Shown in pieces: positions 50,173-60,747 of a stretch of DNA of 64,000 nt (within the stretch, counting starts at the first letter, position 1; every line of letters begins with the position of its first letter). Made by a program: the position numbers and the translations under genes. The notes under the pieces were generated by a model, which made no database searches, had not been told where the DNA came from, and saw only the letters and a program-made list of their open reading frames with translations. This stretch comes from Rhodobiaceae bacterium (GTDB taxonomy: Bacteria > Pseudomonadota > Alphaproteobacteria > Puniceispirillales > Puniceispirillaceae): assembly GCA_038138545.1 (NCBI GenBank), contig JAYQDX010000001.1, positions 7,750 through 71,749 of the forward strand, in the 5' to 3' direction.

Positions 50173-51443
50173 GCCGCGGTGAACTGACAACACTCCCCGG
50201 TGGGCTTCGTGTCGCCAGCCGCAGCCTGGCGCAGGCGCAGAGCCTTTCGGTCGGAATCTGGGTGAATGCCGGTGCGCGCGACGAACGCGACAGCGAGATG
50301 GGTATCGCCCATATGCTGGAGCATATGGCGTTCAAGGGCACAAAGCGGCGCTCGGCGCTTGATATCGCCACCGAGGTGGAGAATGTCGGCGGCTATATGA
50401 ACGCGCATACCAGCCGCGAGGAAACGGCCTATTATCTTCGTCTTCTGCCCGAATATCTGGATATGGGGATCGACATTCTGGCCGATATCCTGACCGAACC
50501 GACGATGCCGGACGATGAGATCGAGCGTGAACGCGGTGTCATAATCCAGGAAATCGGGCAATCGCAGGACACACCCGACGATATCGTGTTCGACATGTTT
50601 GCCCGTGCCTCCTATGGCGATCATACGCTTGGCCGTCCCATTCTCGGGTCGATCGACAGTGTCAGCGGCTTTTCGCGCGACAATCTACGCGGTTTCATGT
50701 CGCGTCATTATGGTGCCGGCCAGATGCTTGTCACCGCGTCGGGCGCGGTCGCGCATGATGATTTCGTGAAACGCGTCGAACAAAGGCTTGGTCATCTCGC
50801 CAGCGCCGAGGATACACAGCGCCTCTCGCCTTCCTGGCAGGCAGGGCGCCATATCGAGGTTCGCGATCTTGAACAGACGCACCTTGTGATCGGCCTGCCG
50901 AGCTTTGGTGCCCGTGATGACCGCCGCTTCACGATGATGGTTCTGTCGACGTTGTTTGGCGGCGGCATGTCCTCGCGCCTGTTTCAGGAAGTGCGCGAGA
51001 AACGCGGTCTCTGCTATTCAATCTTCTCTTTTGCCAGCATGTATTCCGATAGCGGCCATTTCGGCGTCTATGCCGGCACCTCGGCCGACCGGGCCAATGA
51101 GATGCTGACGGTCACCGCACAGCAGCTTGCCGAGCTGGCCGCAAGCGCCAGTGAGGAGGAGGTGAGCCGCGCGAAGGCGCAGCTCCGCGCCTCGCTTGTC
51201 ATGGCGCGTGAATCGGTTTCGGGATGCGGGGATGCGCTGGCAAGGCAGATCATGCTGTTTGGCGCGCCGGTGGATGATTCCGACCTGCTGGAGCAGATCG
51301 CCGCCGTTGACGCCGAGGCGGTGCGAGGCGTTGCCGCCGATCTTGTCACGGGTGGTCAGCCGGCCATCGCGGCCATAGGTCCGCAATCATCGATCATGGA
51401 GACTGACGCGCTATCCAGAATTCTGGCCGGAAACGCTGTTTGA
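50169..51443 (+). CDS. M16B (pitrilysin/MPP-like) peptidase
   Basis: HMLEHMAFKGT (HXXEH), NAHTSRE, GGGMSSRLFQEVREKRGLCY. Confidence 0.94.
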   Translation: MSRGELTTLPGGLRVASRSLAQAQSLSVGIWVNAGARDERDSEMGIAHMLEHMAFKGTKRRSALDIATEVENVGGYMNAHTSREETAYYLRLLPEYLDMGIDILADILTEPTMPDDEIERERGVIIQEIGQSQDTPDDIVFDMFARASYGDHTLGRPILGSIDSVSGFSRDNLRGFMSRHYGAGQMLVTASGAVAHDDFVKRVEQRLGHLASAEDTQRLSPSWQAGRHIEVRDLEQTHLVIGLPSFGARDDRRFTMMVLSTLFGGGMSSRLFQEVREKRGLCYSIFSFASMYSDSGHFGVYAGTSADRANEMLTVTAQQLAELAASASEEEVSRAKAQLRASLVMARESVSGCGDALARQIMLFGAPVDDSDLLEQIAAVDAEAVRGVAADLVTGGQPAIAAIGPQSSIMETDALSRILAGNAV

Positions 51444-51448
51444 GATAC

Positions 51449-51481
51449 GGCCGGGGGTATGGCCGGGGGTTGGCCGGGGGT
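51449..51481. repeat. GGCCGGGGGT x3 intergenic direct repeat
   Basis: Copies at 51449, 51461 and 51472 between convergent genes. Confidence 0.8.
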
Positions 51482-51490
51482 GCGGCCTGA

Positions 51491-52114
51491 TCAGGCGCTG
51501 CCTGTCGTGCCTGCAAAGAAGCCGGGATCGATCCCAAGCGCCTCGAAGCTGTGCTCCCACAGCGTATCCCGGTCATGATCGAACACAAGTTCCGCCGAGG
51601 CGGGAAGGCTGATCCAGACATTCTCGGCCATTTCGCGATCGAGCTGACCGGCGCTCCACCCAGCGCATCCAAGCGACACGATCGACTGCGCCGGGCCAAC
51701 GCCCTCGGTGATGTCACGAAGGATGTCGATGCTCGCGGTCAGGCCGATTTCATGCGTGACCTCCATGCTTTCGGGAAGCATATGGTCCTGGCTGTGAAGC
51801 ACAAATCCGCGATTGCCATCGACCGGGCCACCGATATGCACCGGGTTGCTGGCGCAGAACCGCGCCGCGCCGATATCAAGCTTCTCATAGAGGTCGCCCA
51901 GATTCAGCCGTGACGCGGTCTTGTTGATCACCAGACCCATCGCCGAATCCGAATCGTGATGACACATCAGGATGACGGTCTTGTCGAACCGCTCGTCACC
52001 GATATGCGGGCTGGCGACCAGAAGATGCCCCTGCAGCGAGGACAGGGCGTGCTGATCACTGCCGCTCGGCAGCGATGATTGCACCTGCTCGCCTGATTTC
52101 CTATGTTGCGTCAT
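51491..52114 (-). CDS. YqgE/AlgH family protein
   Basis: LLVASP...D.RF, AMGLVINK, GGPV...RGFVLH, G.AGWSAGQL..E...N.W. Confidence 0.93.
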   Translation of the reverse strand: MTQHRKSGEQVQSSLPSGSDQHALSSLQGHLLVASPHIGDERFDKTVILMCHHDSDSAMGLVINKTASRLNLGDLYEKLDIGAARFCASNPVHIGGPVDGNRGFVLHSQDHMLPESMEVTHEIGLTASIDILRDITEGVGPAQSIVSLGCAGWSAGQLDREMAENVWISLPASAELVFDHDRDTLWEHSFEALGIDPGFFAGTTGSA

Positions 52115-52184
52115 ACCATACCCTAGTCAGGAAAAACCTGTCGGGTAAAGCTTCATCGTGCCATGCACAGGTCACCAGCATCAC

Positions 52185-54218
52185 ATGCCCCTGCCAGAAA
52201 CCGGAAATACCAAGGCATCCGGCCTTGTCTCGGCCGCCAGCCGCCTGATCGTCGCGACAGCGGTGGCAACAGCCTTCATCATGATGGCTCCTGGCGTGGC
52301 GCGTGCGTCCGAATCCGCCTGGGTTGGCGATCCGCAGATCGGCGAGGCAAGGCTTGTCTCGGCGGTCACGGCCACCGGCGATCTGGATACTCTGCCGCTC
52401 GGCATCGAATTCACCCTTGCCGCTGGCTGGAAGATATACTGGCGCACCCCGGGGGAGGCCGGGCTCGCGCCGGTCATCGACCTGTCGGCAGGCCCGAACC
52501 CCGATCTCGCCGGCCGAATCAGCTGGCCACTGCCACAGCGGTTTGACGCTTTCGGCTTTGATAATTTCGGCTACGCCAATGCGGTGATCCTGCCGCTCGA
52601 GCTCAGCGGTCATGAAGCCGGCATGCCGATTCAGGTGATCGCCGATCTCGAGGCGCTGGTATGTTCCGATATCTGTGTTCCCTTCGGCGGACGGCTGGAA
52701 ATGACGCTCCCCGACGGGGCGGCGAATCCCAGTCCGCATGCGCAGGCGATGGCGCAATTCGCTGCCATGGTGCCGCGCCGGGCCGATGGCGAAGGAACGA
52801 GCGCCAGCGGGCCGTCATTGCGCCCCCTCCGCCTCGAGGCGCGACCAGACGGGCTGGTTGTCGAGCTCGCCGAGGGTGCGCCTCCGGTCGCCGATGTCTT
52901 TGTCGAGGCGCAGGATGATGTCGCGTTCAAGGCACCGGTACCGTTGGGGGACGGCCTGTTCCTTGAAGCAGTGCCGGCCGACAAGCTTGTCTTCGATTCT
53001 ACACCCGTCACGCTGACCATCAGCGCGCCGCCGGAAATGGGCGAGTTCCGCATGGTGGTGACGACACCGGCAGACAGAGCCACTGTTCAGCAAAACAGCC
53101 CTCGCGACAGGCTGGGACTGTCCTGGCGGATCATCGCGCTGGCGCTTCTTGGTGGTCTGATCCTGAATCTGATGCCCTGTGTGCTGCCGGTGCTGGCGCT
53201 GAAGCTTGCCGCTGTTCTGGACGCGGCGGGTGCGCCGCGCCGCGAGCTTCGTCTGCGATTTCTTGCCGGCGCCGCCGGTATCCTGACGAGTTTTGTCGGT
53301 CTTGCTGGCGCGCTGGCGCTACTGCGGCTTGCCGGGGGCACGATCGGGTGGGGCATCCAGTTCCAGAACCCGGTCTTTCTTCTCGTGATGATACTGGTGC
53401 TTGGCATCTTCGCGCTCAGCCTTCTCGATCTGGTGATGATCCCGATACCGCGCGCGGCGCAGCGCCTGGCCGGAGTCGGACAGGGGGGCGGGTTCGGACA
53501 GGGGGGCGGGCATTCCTATCGGGGTGACTTCATGGCCGGCATGCTGGCGACCGTTCTGGCGACTCCCTGCTCGGCGCCGTTTGTCGGAACGGCGGTCGCG
53601 GTTGCGCTGTCCGGCAGCATGCTGGATCTGTTCGGCATCTTCATCGCGCTTGGTCTTGGTCTTGCCGCGCCCTGGATTGTGGTGGCGGCGCAGCCATCCC
53701 TCGTCGGATTCCTGCCGCGCCCCGGGCCCTGGATGCCTTGGCTGAAGCGCGGCCTTGCCCTGCTGCTGCTCGGAACGATGATCTGGCTCGGCAGTGTTCT
53801 GATGGCGCTTCTTGGCCCCAATGCACCTTCAACTGTGGCAACTGCTGATGCGCGCTGGGGTGTCTGGAGCCAACAGGCGGTTTCAGACAGCCTTGATGGT
53901 GGACGGCCGGTGTTTGTCGATGTGACGGCGGACTGGTGCGTGACCTGCAAGGCCAACAAGGCGCTGGTGCTGGACCGGCAGCCGGTATCATCGGTGATGG
54001 CAGAGGCGGCGGCGGCGAACAGGCTGACATTGTTACGTGCCGACTGGACAAGGCCGGATGCCGATATTGCCGCCTTCCTGGCATCGCATGGGCGTTACGG
54101 CATTCCGTTCAACATCATCCTGAGGCCGGGCGCCGCGCCGCCGATCATCCTTCCCGAGCTTTTGCGCGACATGGCGGTGCTGACAGCCCTTGAAAACGCC
54201 GGCGTGACCGCCAAATAG
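52185..54218 (+). CDS. dsbD: Thiol:disulfide interchange protein DsbD/ScsB-type
   Basis: GWKIYWR.PG..G, CSDIC, LNLMPCVLP, TPCSAP, ADWCVTC; start uncertain (52158 or 52185). Confidence 0.92.
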   Translation: MPLPETGNTKASGLVSAASRLIVATAVATAFIMMAPGVARASESAWVGDPQIGEARLVSAVTATGDLDTLPLGIEFTLAAGWKIYWRTPGEAGLAPVIDLSAGPNPDLAGRISWPLPQRFDAFGFDNFGYANAVILPLELSGHEAGMPIQVIADLEALVCSDICVPFGGRLEMTLPDGAANPSPHAQAMAQFAAMVPRRADGEGTSASGPSLRPLRLEARPDGLVVELAEGAPPVADVFVEAQDDVAFKAPVPLGDGLFLEAVPADKLVFDSTPVTLTISAPPEMGEFRMVVTTPADRATVQQNSPRDRLGLSWRIIALALLGGLILNLMPCVLPVLALKLAAVLDAAGAPRRELRLRFLAGAAGILTSFVGLAGALALLRLAGGTIGWGIQFQNPVFLLVMILVLGIFALSLLDLVMIPIPRAAQRLAGVGQGGGFGQGGGHSYRGDFMAGMLATVLATPCSAPFVGTAVAVALSGSMLDLFGIFIALGLGLAAPWIVVAAQPSLVGFLPRPGPWMPWLKRGLALLLLGTMIWLGSVLMALLGPNAPSTVATADARWGVWSQQAVSDSLDGGRPVFVDVTADWCVTCKANKALVLDRQPVSSVMAEAAAANRLTLLRADWTRPDADIAAFLASHGRYGIPFNIILRPGAAPPIILPELLRDMAVLTALENAGVTAK

Positions 54219-54276
54219 ACGGGATGGCGCCGGTTCCGGCATCGATAACCAGAACAGACTTTCAGGAACAAATATC

Positions 54277-54756
54277 ATGACCATCGAACCCGGTCAGCCA
54301 ATCCCGCAGGCGACCATCCAGATCAAGACCGAAGACGGCGTTGATGCCCATGAAACGGCTGAATACTGCGCCACCGGGCGGACCGTGATATTTGCCCTTC
54401 CGGGGGCTTTTACCGCGACCTGTTCGGCCAAGCATCTGCCGGAATTCGTCGACCGGGCGGATGACCTGAAGGCTGCCGGCGTGGACCGGATTGCCTGTCT
54501 GGCGGTGAATGACGCGCATGTGATGAAAGCCTGGGGTGATCAGCACGGCACCGCCGGCAGGATCGACATGCTTGCCGACCCGCATGCCGAATTTTCCCGC
54601 GCATTGGGGATCGCCGTTCAGATGGGTGCCATCCTTGGCGAGCGCGCGACGCGCTGCGCGATGATCATCGATGACGGTGTTCTCACCAGGATCATGATGG
54701 AAGAGGTTGGCGCCTATGAGGTGTCCAGCCCGGCGCATGTGCTGACACAGCTCTAG
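54277..54756 (+). CDS. Peroxiredoxin (Prx5 type)
   Basis: [21 protein letters not shown]. Confidence 0.92.
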   Translation: MTIEPGQPIPQATIQIKTEDGVDAHETAEYCATGRTVIFALPGAFTATCSAKHLPEFVDRADDLKAAGVDRIACLAVNDAHVMKAWGDQHGTAGRIDMLADPHAEFSRALGIAVQMGAILGERATRCAMIIDDGVLTRIMMEEVGAYEVSSPAHVLTQL

Positions 54757-55217
54757 TCGCTGTTGCTGGCAAGCCCGGTTCCGGCAAGCCCGGTGGCGGC
54801 GGCGCGGGCCAGCTGGTCGCATCGCTCGTTCAACGCATTGCCGGCATGCCCCTTGACCCAGTGCCATGTGACCCGGTGCCGTTGCAGCGCCGCATCAAGT
54901 TCCTGCCACAGATCCTGGTTCATCACCGGCTTCTTGGCGGCGGTGCGCCATCCATTGGCTTTCCAGCGCGGCATCCAGTCGGTCACGCCCTGCATGACAT
55001 ATTTGCTGTCGGTGTGAAGGTCGATCTCCATCGGGCGTTTCAGCGCGTTCAGCCCTTCAATGGCGGCCTGAAGCTCCATCCGGTTGTTCGTCGTGTCGGG
55101 CATGGCGCCGCTGAGTTCGCGTTCCTCGTCGCGCCATTGCAGGATGGCCGCCCAGCCGCCGGGACCGGGGTTGTTGAGGCATGATCCGTCAGTATGGAGT
55201 GTCACCCGGTCCGCCAT
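54753..55217 (-). CDS. rnhA: Ribonuclease HI
   Basis: [31 protein letters not shown]...NERCD. Confidence 0.97.
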   Translation of the reverse strand: MADRVTLHTDGSCLNNPGPGGWAAILQWRDEERELSGAMPDTTNNRMELQAAIEGLNALKRPMEIDLHTDSKYVMQGVTDWMPRWKANGWRTAAKKPVMNQDLWQELDAALQRHRVTWHWVKGHAGNALNERCDQLARAAATGLAGTGLASNSD

Positions 55218-55226
55218 CTCGCTGTC

Positions 55227-56192
55227 CTAAAGCCCGATTCCATAGGCGGTTGTTCCGGACACCGACTGGTGGAAGCGCAGGATGCCCCAATATTCCATCG
55301 GGTCCTTGGGGCTGACCAGCGCGTCCGCCGGCGTGTGGATCCAGTCATAGAGGCGGGTCAGGAAGAAGCGCATCGCCGAGCCGGCCGCCAGGATGGGAAT
55401 GGCCTCTATCTCGGGCTCGGTGAGGGGGCGTACAGACTGATAGGCCTTCAGCATGGCGCGTGACTTTGTCAGATTGAAACTGCCATCGGGTTCGAAACAC
55501 CAGCTGTTCATGCAAATGCCGAGGTCATAAGCAAGAATATCGTCACAGGCGAAATAGAAATCGATCACACCGGTCAGTCTGTCGCCGATGAACAGCACAT
55601 TGTTCGGAAACAGGTCGGCATGGATCACACCGGTCGGCAAACCGGCCGGCCAGGCATCGAGTATCGTGTAGAGACGGTCCGCGATCGCGTCCTTCATGCC
55701 GTCGCCAACCACCTCCGCCTTGTCGCCGATGGAATCGAGAAGCGGCCGCCACGCCTCCGGCCCGAGGGCGTTTGGCCGACGGCGCGTCACCGGCGCGCAG
55801 TTCAGGTGCATATGCGCCAGCGTACGGCCAAGTTCGGCGCATTTCTCACGGTTCGGAAAGCGGCTCCAGGTGCCGTCGAGAAAGGTAAACACGGCGCATG
55901 GCCGTCCGGCGAGTTCCTGCAGGATCGAGCCGTCACGGGCCGGCACCGGCAGCGGGCAGTTCAGCCCCGAGGTCGCCAGAACCTCCATCACCTCGATGAA
56001 AAAGGGCAGGTCTGCCCGCTCCACCCGCTTCTCATACAGCGTCAGGATGTAATGCGCGCGATCGGTGCGTAACAGATAGTTGGAATTCTCAACTCCCTCG
56101 GCGATACCGGCGAAGCTGAGCACGGTGCCAAGGTCATAGGCCTCGAGAAAGCTGCCAAGCGCGGCATCGTCAACATTCGTGTATACCGCCAT
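55227..56192 (-). CDS. thrB: Homoserine kinase (type II, APH-like)
   Basis: MAVYT, GIAEGVENSNY, IHADLF..N, IDFYFAC. Confidence 0.95.
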   Translation of the reverse strand: MAVYTNVDDAALGSFLEAYDLGTVLSFAGIAEGVENSNYLLRTDRAHYILTLYEKRVERADLPFFIEVMEVLATSGLNCPLPVPARDGSILQELAGRPCAVFTFLDGTWSRFPNREKCAELGRTLAHMHLNCAPVTRRRPNALGPEAWRPLLDSIGDKAEVVGDGMKDAIADRLYTILDAWPAGLPTGVIHADLFPNNVLFIGDRLTGVIDFYFACDDILAYDLGICMNSWCFEPDGSFNLTKSRAMLKAYQSVRPLTEPEIEAIPILAAGSAMRFFLTRLYDWIHTPADALVSPKDPMEYWGILRFHQSVSGTTAYGIGL

Positions 56193-56199
56193 GAAGCGA

Positions 56200-57162
56200 C
56201 TAGGCCCCGCCGGACAGGATGCTGGGAAGCTTGAAGGTGAGGTTTTCCTCGACCAGCGCCTCCTCGTCGAGCTGCAGATCATAGCGGGCGCGCATCTCGC
56301 CGATGATTTCCATGACAAGGCTTTCCGGTGCCGAGGCGCCGGCAGACAGCCCGATATGCGTCGCCGCGTCGATCTCCGTCCAGTCGATCGCCCGGCAATC
56401 ATCGACAAGCCGTCCGCGTGCCGCGCCGGCGCGGAGCGCCACCTCGACCAGCCGCTGCGAATTGGAAGAATTTTCGGCCCCGACCACCAGCATGAGGTCG
56501 CATTTCGAGGCAATCTGCTTCACCGCATTCTGGCGGTTCGTGGTGGCATAGCAGATATCCTCGCCACGCGGGCCGGTGATCTCGGGGAAGCGGAACTGCA
56601 GGATCGATATGATTTCCGCCGTATCATCCACCGACAGGGTGGTCTGGGTCGCAAAGGCGAGGTCGGCATCGGGCGGCGGCGTAACGGTGCGGGCATCCGC
56701 GGCAGTCTCGATCAGCGTCATCTCGCCGGGTGCGACCTGACCCATCGTGCCCTCGACTTCCGGGTGGCCAGCATGCCCGATCAGCAGAATGTGCCGTTTC
56801 TGGCCGGCATGGCGCCGGGCCTCGATATGCACCTTGGTCACAAGCGGGCAGGTGGCATCGACCGCGATCATCTTGCGTTTGTCGGCCTCCTCGACCACCG
56901 CGCGGGCTACGCCATGCGCCGAAAACACGACAGGCGCGCCTTCCGGAACCTCTTCAAGCTCCTCAACGAAGATGGCCCCCTGGGCGGCAAGACCGTCGAC
57001 CACGGTGCGATTGTGAACGATCTCGTGGCGGACATAGACCGGCGCGCCGAATTGTTCCAGTGCGACCTCGACGATCCGGACCGCCCGGTCGACTCCCGCG
57101 CAAAAGCCTCGCGGTGCCGCCAGATGCAAAAATTTACGGTCCTGCAAACGGGTCGTCTCCAT
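56200..57162 (-). CDS. ispH: 4-hydroxy-3-methylbut-2-enyl diphosphate reductase
   Basis: [38 protein letters not shown]. Confidence 0.97.
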   Translation of the reverse strand: METTRLQDRKFLHLAAPRGFCAGVDRAVRIVEVALEQFGAPVYVRHEIVHNRTVVDGLAAQGAIFVEELEEVPEGAPVVFSAHGVARAVVEEADKRKMIAVDATCPLVTKVHIEARRHAGQKRHILLIGHAGHPEVEGTMGQVAPGEMTLIETAADARTVTPPPDADLAFATQTTLSVDDTAEIISILQFRFPEITGPRGEDICYATTNRQNAVKQIASKCDLMLVVGAENSSNSQRLVEVALRAGAARGRLVDDCRAIDWTEIDAATHIGLSAGASAPESLVMEIIGEMRARYDLQLDEEALVEENLTFKLPSILSGGA

Positions 57163-57169
57163 GCGCTTG

Positions 57170-57227
57170 TTCTTGCGCGATAACGCGTCAGAGGTCAATT
57201 GCTGTTGTTGGAAAAAGAAGCTAGGAT
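57170..57227. promoter_or_regulatory. Back-to-back divergent promoters (ispH / lipoprotein)
   Basis: (-) TTGACC-N17-CAAGAA-N7-ATG; (+) TTGCTG-N17-TAGGAT-N6-ATG; the -35 elements abut at 57198/57199. Confidence 0.5.
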
Positions 57228-57233
57228 GCCGCC

Positions 57234-57707
57234 ATGAAATGTCGCATTCCACACCGCCTTTTCGCCATATCCCCGCTCCTTGTCACGGCAGCATTGCTGG
57301 CGGCCTGCGCCGGCGATCCGGAATATGTGAAATGTCCCGAACTGACAGCACCGGAAGAAGGTGCCGAGGCGTTCATGCGGATCGATGATACCGGCGAGGT
57401 GGTCAATGTGCGCCTGAACGGCGTCCGTGCCCGTTGCGAGCAGGTTGGTGAGAATGGCGTTTCCATGGAGTTGTCGATCGGCCTGAAGATCAAGCGTCTG
57501 GGTGCCGATGAATATCCGGCGGGAGTCGCGCAGATCAATGTCGTCGGGCTCGTCGCCGAGGGTGACAGGATTGTCAGCAGCCCACCACTGATCAGATACA
57601 AGGCTGGTTTCCGCAAGGGTCAGCAGACGATGTATCCGGTGGTTGAGCACGAAGTGACCGTCACCGAGGGCCAGCGACTGATTATCAGCCTGGTGCCGGG
57701 ACTCTAA
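57234..57707 (+). CDS. Hypothetical lipoprotein
   Basis: Hydrophobic signal with LAAC lipobox, then CP motif and beta-rich domain. Confidence 0.75.
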   Translation: MKCRIPHRLFAISPLLVTAALLAACAGDPEYVKCPELTAPEEGAEAFMRIDDTGEVVNVRLNGVRARCEQVGENGVSMELSIGLKIKRLGADEYPAGVAQINVVGLVAEGDRIVSSPPLIRYKAGFRKGQQTMYPVVEHEVTVTEGQRLIISLVPGL

Positions 57708-57736
57708 ACGGCCCCAAAGACAGGATGTCGGGCATG

Positions 57737-57765
57737 AAAAAGGGGCACACCGATGGCGTGCCCCT
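57737..57765 (-). terminator. Intrinsic terminator of the F0 operon
   Basis: AGGGGCAC...GTGCCCCT stem followed by a T-run on the minus strand. Confidence 0.7.
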
Positions 57766-57793
57766 GAATATTGCGTGGCGTGGAACGGCTGAG

Positions 57794-58279
57794 CTAGTTC
57801 AACTTCTCGATTTCGGTGGCCGAGTCGTCGACCAGCGCCAGACCGGCCTTGTCATCCAGCTTTGATGTGATGATCTGCGCGGCCGAGGCGATGGCCAGCG
57901 TGGCGGCCTTCTCGCGAAGCTCGGTCACAAGCGCTGCCTCGGCGGCCTTGATCTTGGCGCTCGCCTGCTGCTCACGACGCTTGATCGTCTCCTCGGCGGC
58001 CTTTTCGGCGTTTTCGCGAATCCGCTCGGCAGTGGCCTCGGCCGTTTTCAGAATGGCCTTGGCTTCCTCGGCAGCCTCGCGATGCAGGCGCTGGAACTGA
58101 TGAAGCTCATCAAGCGCCTCTTCCCGAAGCGCGCGCGCCTCGTCCAGCTCGGTGCGGATCTTCGCCGCCCGCTCGTCAAGCATGCTGGACAGCGCGGCAC
58201 CTGCTTTTTTCCAGACAAGGGCGATGAAGACGACAAAGCCGACGGCCACCCAGACGGATTCCATGACAATGCCTTCCAT
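57794..58279 (-). CDS. atpF: ATP synthase F0 subunit b
   Basis: N-terminal TM, LDERAAKIR..L.EA coiled coil; operon position. Confidence 0.93.
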   Translation of the reverse strand: MEGIVMESVWVAVGFVVFIALVWKKAGAALSSMLDERAAKIRTELDEARALREEALDELHQFQRLHREAAEEAKAILKTAEATAERIRENAEKAAEETIKRREQQASAKIKAAEAALVTELREKAATLAIASAAQIITSKLDDKAGLALVDDSATEIEKLN

Positions 58280-58878
58280 CAGCCAGCTCCCTGCGCGACC
58301 AGGGTCTTGGCCGCCGCTTTCACGGCCTTGTCGGCCTGTGCCTTTGTCGGTTTGACGCCGGCCACCTGCGTCGCCGCTGCAATGGCGGCCTCGGTCGCGA
58401 TAGCTGTCAGATTGCTTTCCGCCTCGGCGCGTGCCTCGGCCAGCGCGGTTTCCGCCTTGCCGATCCTGGTCGCCATCTTCTTGGCGGCCTTTGTCTCGGC
58501 GGCATCGGCCTTTGCCTGTGCCTCATTCGCGGCATCGCGCGCGAATTCGGCGGCTTCGTTACGCGCCTCTTCCAGACTTGCCTCATAGTCGGCGCGTGTC
58601 TGCGCCGCCTCGCTGCTGGCCTCACGGGCACGGGTCAGGTCTTCGTCGAGCCGCGTGCGGCGCTCCTCAAGAACCGATCCGATGCGGGGTGTTACCACCC
58701 GGGCCATGAAGACATATCCAAGCGCGAAAATGACGACGAGCCAAAACAGCTGTGATGGCCAGGTGCCAACCTTCAGCTGTGGAAGCCCGGCTTCACCACC
58801 GGCCGCATATGCGGCGGACGTGGCTGACGCCATCACCGCCATGGAGGCCGTCGCGGCCCATGCGTGCACTCTTCTCAT
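58279..58878 (-). CDS. ATP synthase F0 subunit b'
   Basis: LPQL...WPSQLFWL, PRI..VLEER, Ala-rich coiled coil. Confidence 0.92.
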   Translation of the reverse strand: MRRVHAWAATASMAVMASATSAAYAAGGEAGLPQLKVGTWPSQLFWLVVIFALGYVFMARVVTPRIGSVLEERRTRLDEDLTRAREASSEAAQTRADYEASLEEARNEAAEFARDAANEAQAKADAAETKAAKKMATRIGKAETALAEARAEAESNLTAIATEAAIAAATQVAGVKPTKAQADKAVKAAAKTLVAQGAG

Positions 58879-58955
58879 GCCAGTCTCCTTGACGGACACC
58901 CGCGCCGGGACCGATCCCGGCACTCCGGTGCCACATTCGGGGCCGGAAAACCGGC

Positions 58956-59183
58956 CTAGAGGGCGAACAGAAGCAGCAGCGCAACAACCAGCGCGAACAG
59001 CGCGATAGCTTCAGTCAGGGCGAAGCCCAGAATGCCGATGCCGAACACTTCGCCGCGGGCTGCAGGATTGCGGGCAATCGAAGTTACAAGAGCGGAGAAG
59101 ATGTTGCCGATACCGACACCAACGCCGGCAAGAGCGATCACAGCCAGACCGGCACCGATCATTTTTGCAGCTTCTACTTCCAT
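58956..59183 (-). CDS. atpE: ATP synthase F0 subunit c
   Basis: GxGxGxG, ARNP, FALTEA. Confidence 0.98.
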   Translation of the reverse strand: MEVEAAKMIGAGLAVIALAGVGVGIGNIFSALVTSIARNPAARGEVFGIGILGFALTEAIALFALVVALLLLFAL

Positions 59184-59292
59184 TTTCCTAGTCCTTCCGT
59201 AGGTTTTGAAATCAGTTCAATATTGTCTTTGTCAGTCTTGTCTTCAGGGGCCGCTTTTGAACGTCAGCGGTCAACGTTACGCCACGCTGGTC

Positions 59293-60051
59293 CTAGTGCA
59301 GATGCAGCGCGTCATTCAGATACATGCATGTCAGGATGGTGAATACATAGGCCTGGAGCGCCGCCACCAGCACCTCAAGCCCGGTCAGGCCGACAAGCGC
59401 CAGGAAAGGCAGCAACGACCCGGTCATCGCGATCCCGCCGGCACCGGAGATCATCACCGCGAGGCCGGCGAACACCTTCAGCATGGTGTGACCCGCCAGC
59501 ATATTGGCGAACAGCCGGACAGACAGGCTGACCGGCCGCACGAAATAGGAAATCACCTCGATCACGATCAGAAACGGGATCAGCACCTTCGGCGCACCCT
59601 GCGGCACGAAGAAACTGAAGAAATGCAGCCCATGCTTGAACAGGCCGATCAGCGTCACGGCGAGGAAAATGAAGCCTGCCATCGCGAAGGTCACGATGAT
59701 CTGCGAAGTGAAGGTGTAGGAATAGGGGATCAGCCCCAGCATGTTGCCGAACAGCAGGAACACGAACAACGTGAAGACGAACGGGAAATAGGCCCGGCCG
59801 TCATTGCCGACATTGCTGCGCACCATATCGGCGACAAACTCGTACATCATCTCGGCCGCGCCCTGCATCCGTCCGGGGACAAGTTCGCGGTTGCGCATCG
59901 CACTGAACAGGAAGCCGCCACCGACCACCATCGCCAGCAGCATGAACAGGCTGGAATTCGTAAAGGAGATGTCGTAGCCGCCGGCGTTCAACTCGACAAT
60001 CGACTTGATCTCGAACTGCTCAACCGGGGAATGCATGCCCTCAGAAGCCAT
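59293..60051 (-). CDS. atpB: ATP synthase F0 subunit a
   Basis: SFTNSS, RPVSLSVRLFANM.AGH, LQAYVF. Confidence 0.98.
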   Translation of the reverse strand: MASEGMHSPVEQFEIKSIVELNAGGYDISFTNSSLFMLLAMVVGGGFLFSAMRNRELVPGRMQGAAEMMYEFVADMVRSNVGNDGRAYFPFVFTLFVFLLFGNMLGLIPYSYTFTSQIIVTFAMAGFIFLAVTLIGLFKHGLHFFSFFVPQGAPKVLIPFLIVIEVISYFVRPVSLSVRLFANMLAGHTMLKVFAGLAVMISGAGGIAMTGSLLPFLALVGLTGLEVLVAALQAYVFTILTCMYLNDALHLH

Positions 60052-60079
60052 GGGTCGGTTGTCCTCTCTTCACCACCGG

Positions 60080-60454
60080 CTAGTCGCCGTCCTGCTTGTC
60101 CTCGCCGTCGGCGTCGCGCCGATGCTCGTCAAAATACCCGGCGGCCATGCCGCGTCCCGACACCATCCGCCACACATTCAGCATTCCGGCAGCGGCGCCA
60201 AGAAAGAACAACAACACCAGGAACAGCGGTGACGTTCCAAACCAGCGATCCAGCACCCAGCCAATGAACGCTCCGACGATCACGCCGGCGACAAGTTCCG
60301 TCGCAACCCGCGCCAGAATGGCGCCTGCCCCGGCGGGCAATCCGTGACGATCCGGCCCACGCGCCTTCTCGGCCCTGTCTTCCTGCATGCGGTCGATCCG
60401 GCGGTCTATATCCTGCAGGCGGTCTTTGCCGCGGTGCCGTTCATGATCGTTCAT
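60080..60454 (-). CDS. atpI: AtpZ/AtpI family protein
   Basis: ELVAG..VG..IGW.LD.WFGT.P...G..AG.LNV. Confidence 0.9.
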   Translation of the reverse strand: MNDHERHRGKDRLQDIDRRIDRMQEDRAEKARGPDRHGLPAGAGAILARVATELVAGVIVGAFIGWVLDRWFGTSPLFLVLLFFLGAAAGMLNVWRMVSGRGMAAGYFDEHRRDADGEDKQDGD

Positions 60455-60635
60455 GTCAGTGTTGTCAGAGAGGCCGAATGTGACCGGAGCCGACACCGCA
60501 AGCCGATGTCACGCCCTTGGGCCAGAAGACAAAATACGGTGTGCCGTTACTCATCCCGTGCGGTTGATGTCCATTTGACCGGATCCGATCGTCACCGCGA
60601 AGGGCGGCGACATTCGATACCCGAAATCGCGCACA

Positions 60636-60664
60636 AAATAGGGGTGCGGCTCGATATTTGTCAA
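60636..60664 (-). promoter_or_regulatory. Promoter of the F0 operon
   Basis: (C)TTGACA-N17-CTATTT. Confidence 0.55.
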
Positions 60665-60747
60665 GCTTTCAATCAGGAGTGATTTTGCCAGCAAATCCGT
60701 TGGTTTCAGCGGGTGGCAAACTGGCCTCGGCGCAGGCGTGCCCGGGA

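Noticed and set aside
58956-59183. Na+-coupled ATP synthase
   Set aside because: The c subunit has TEA rather than ES(T) and lacks the helix-1 Gln; ordinary H+ type.
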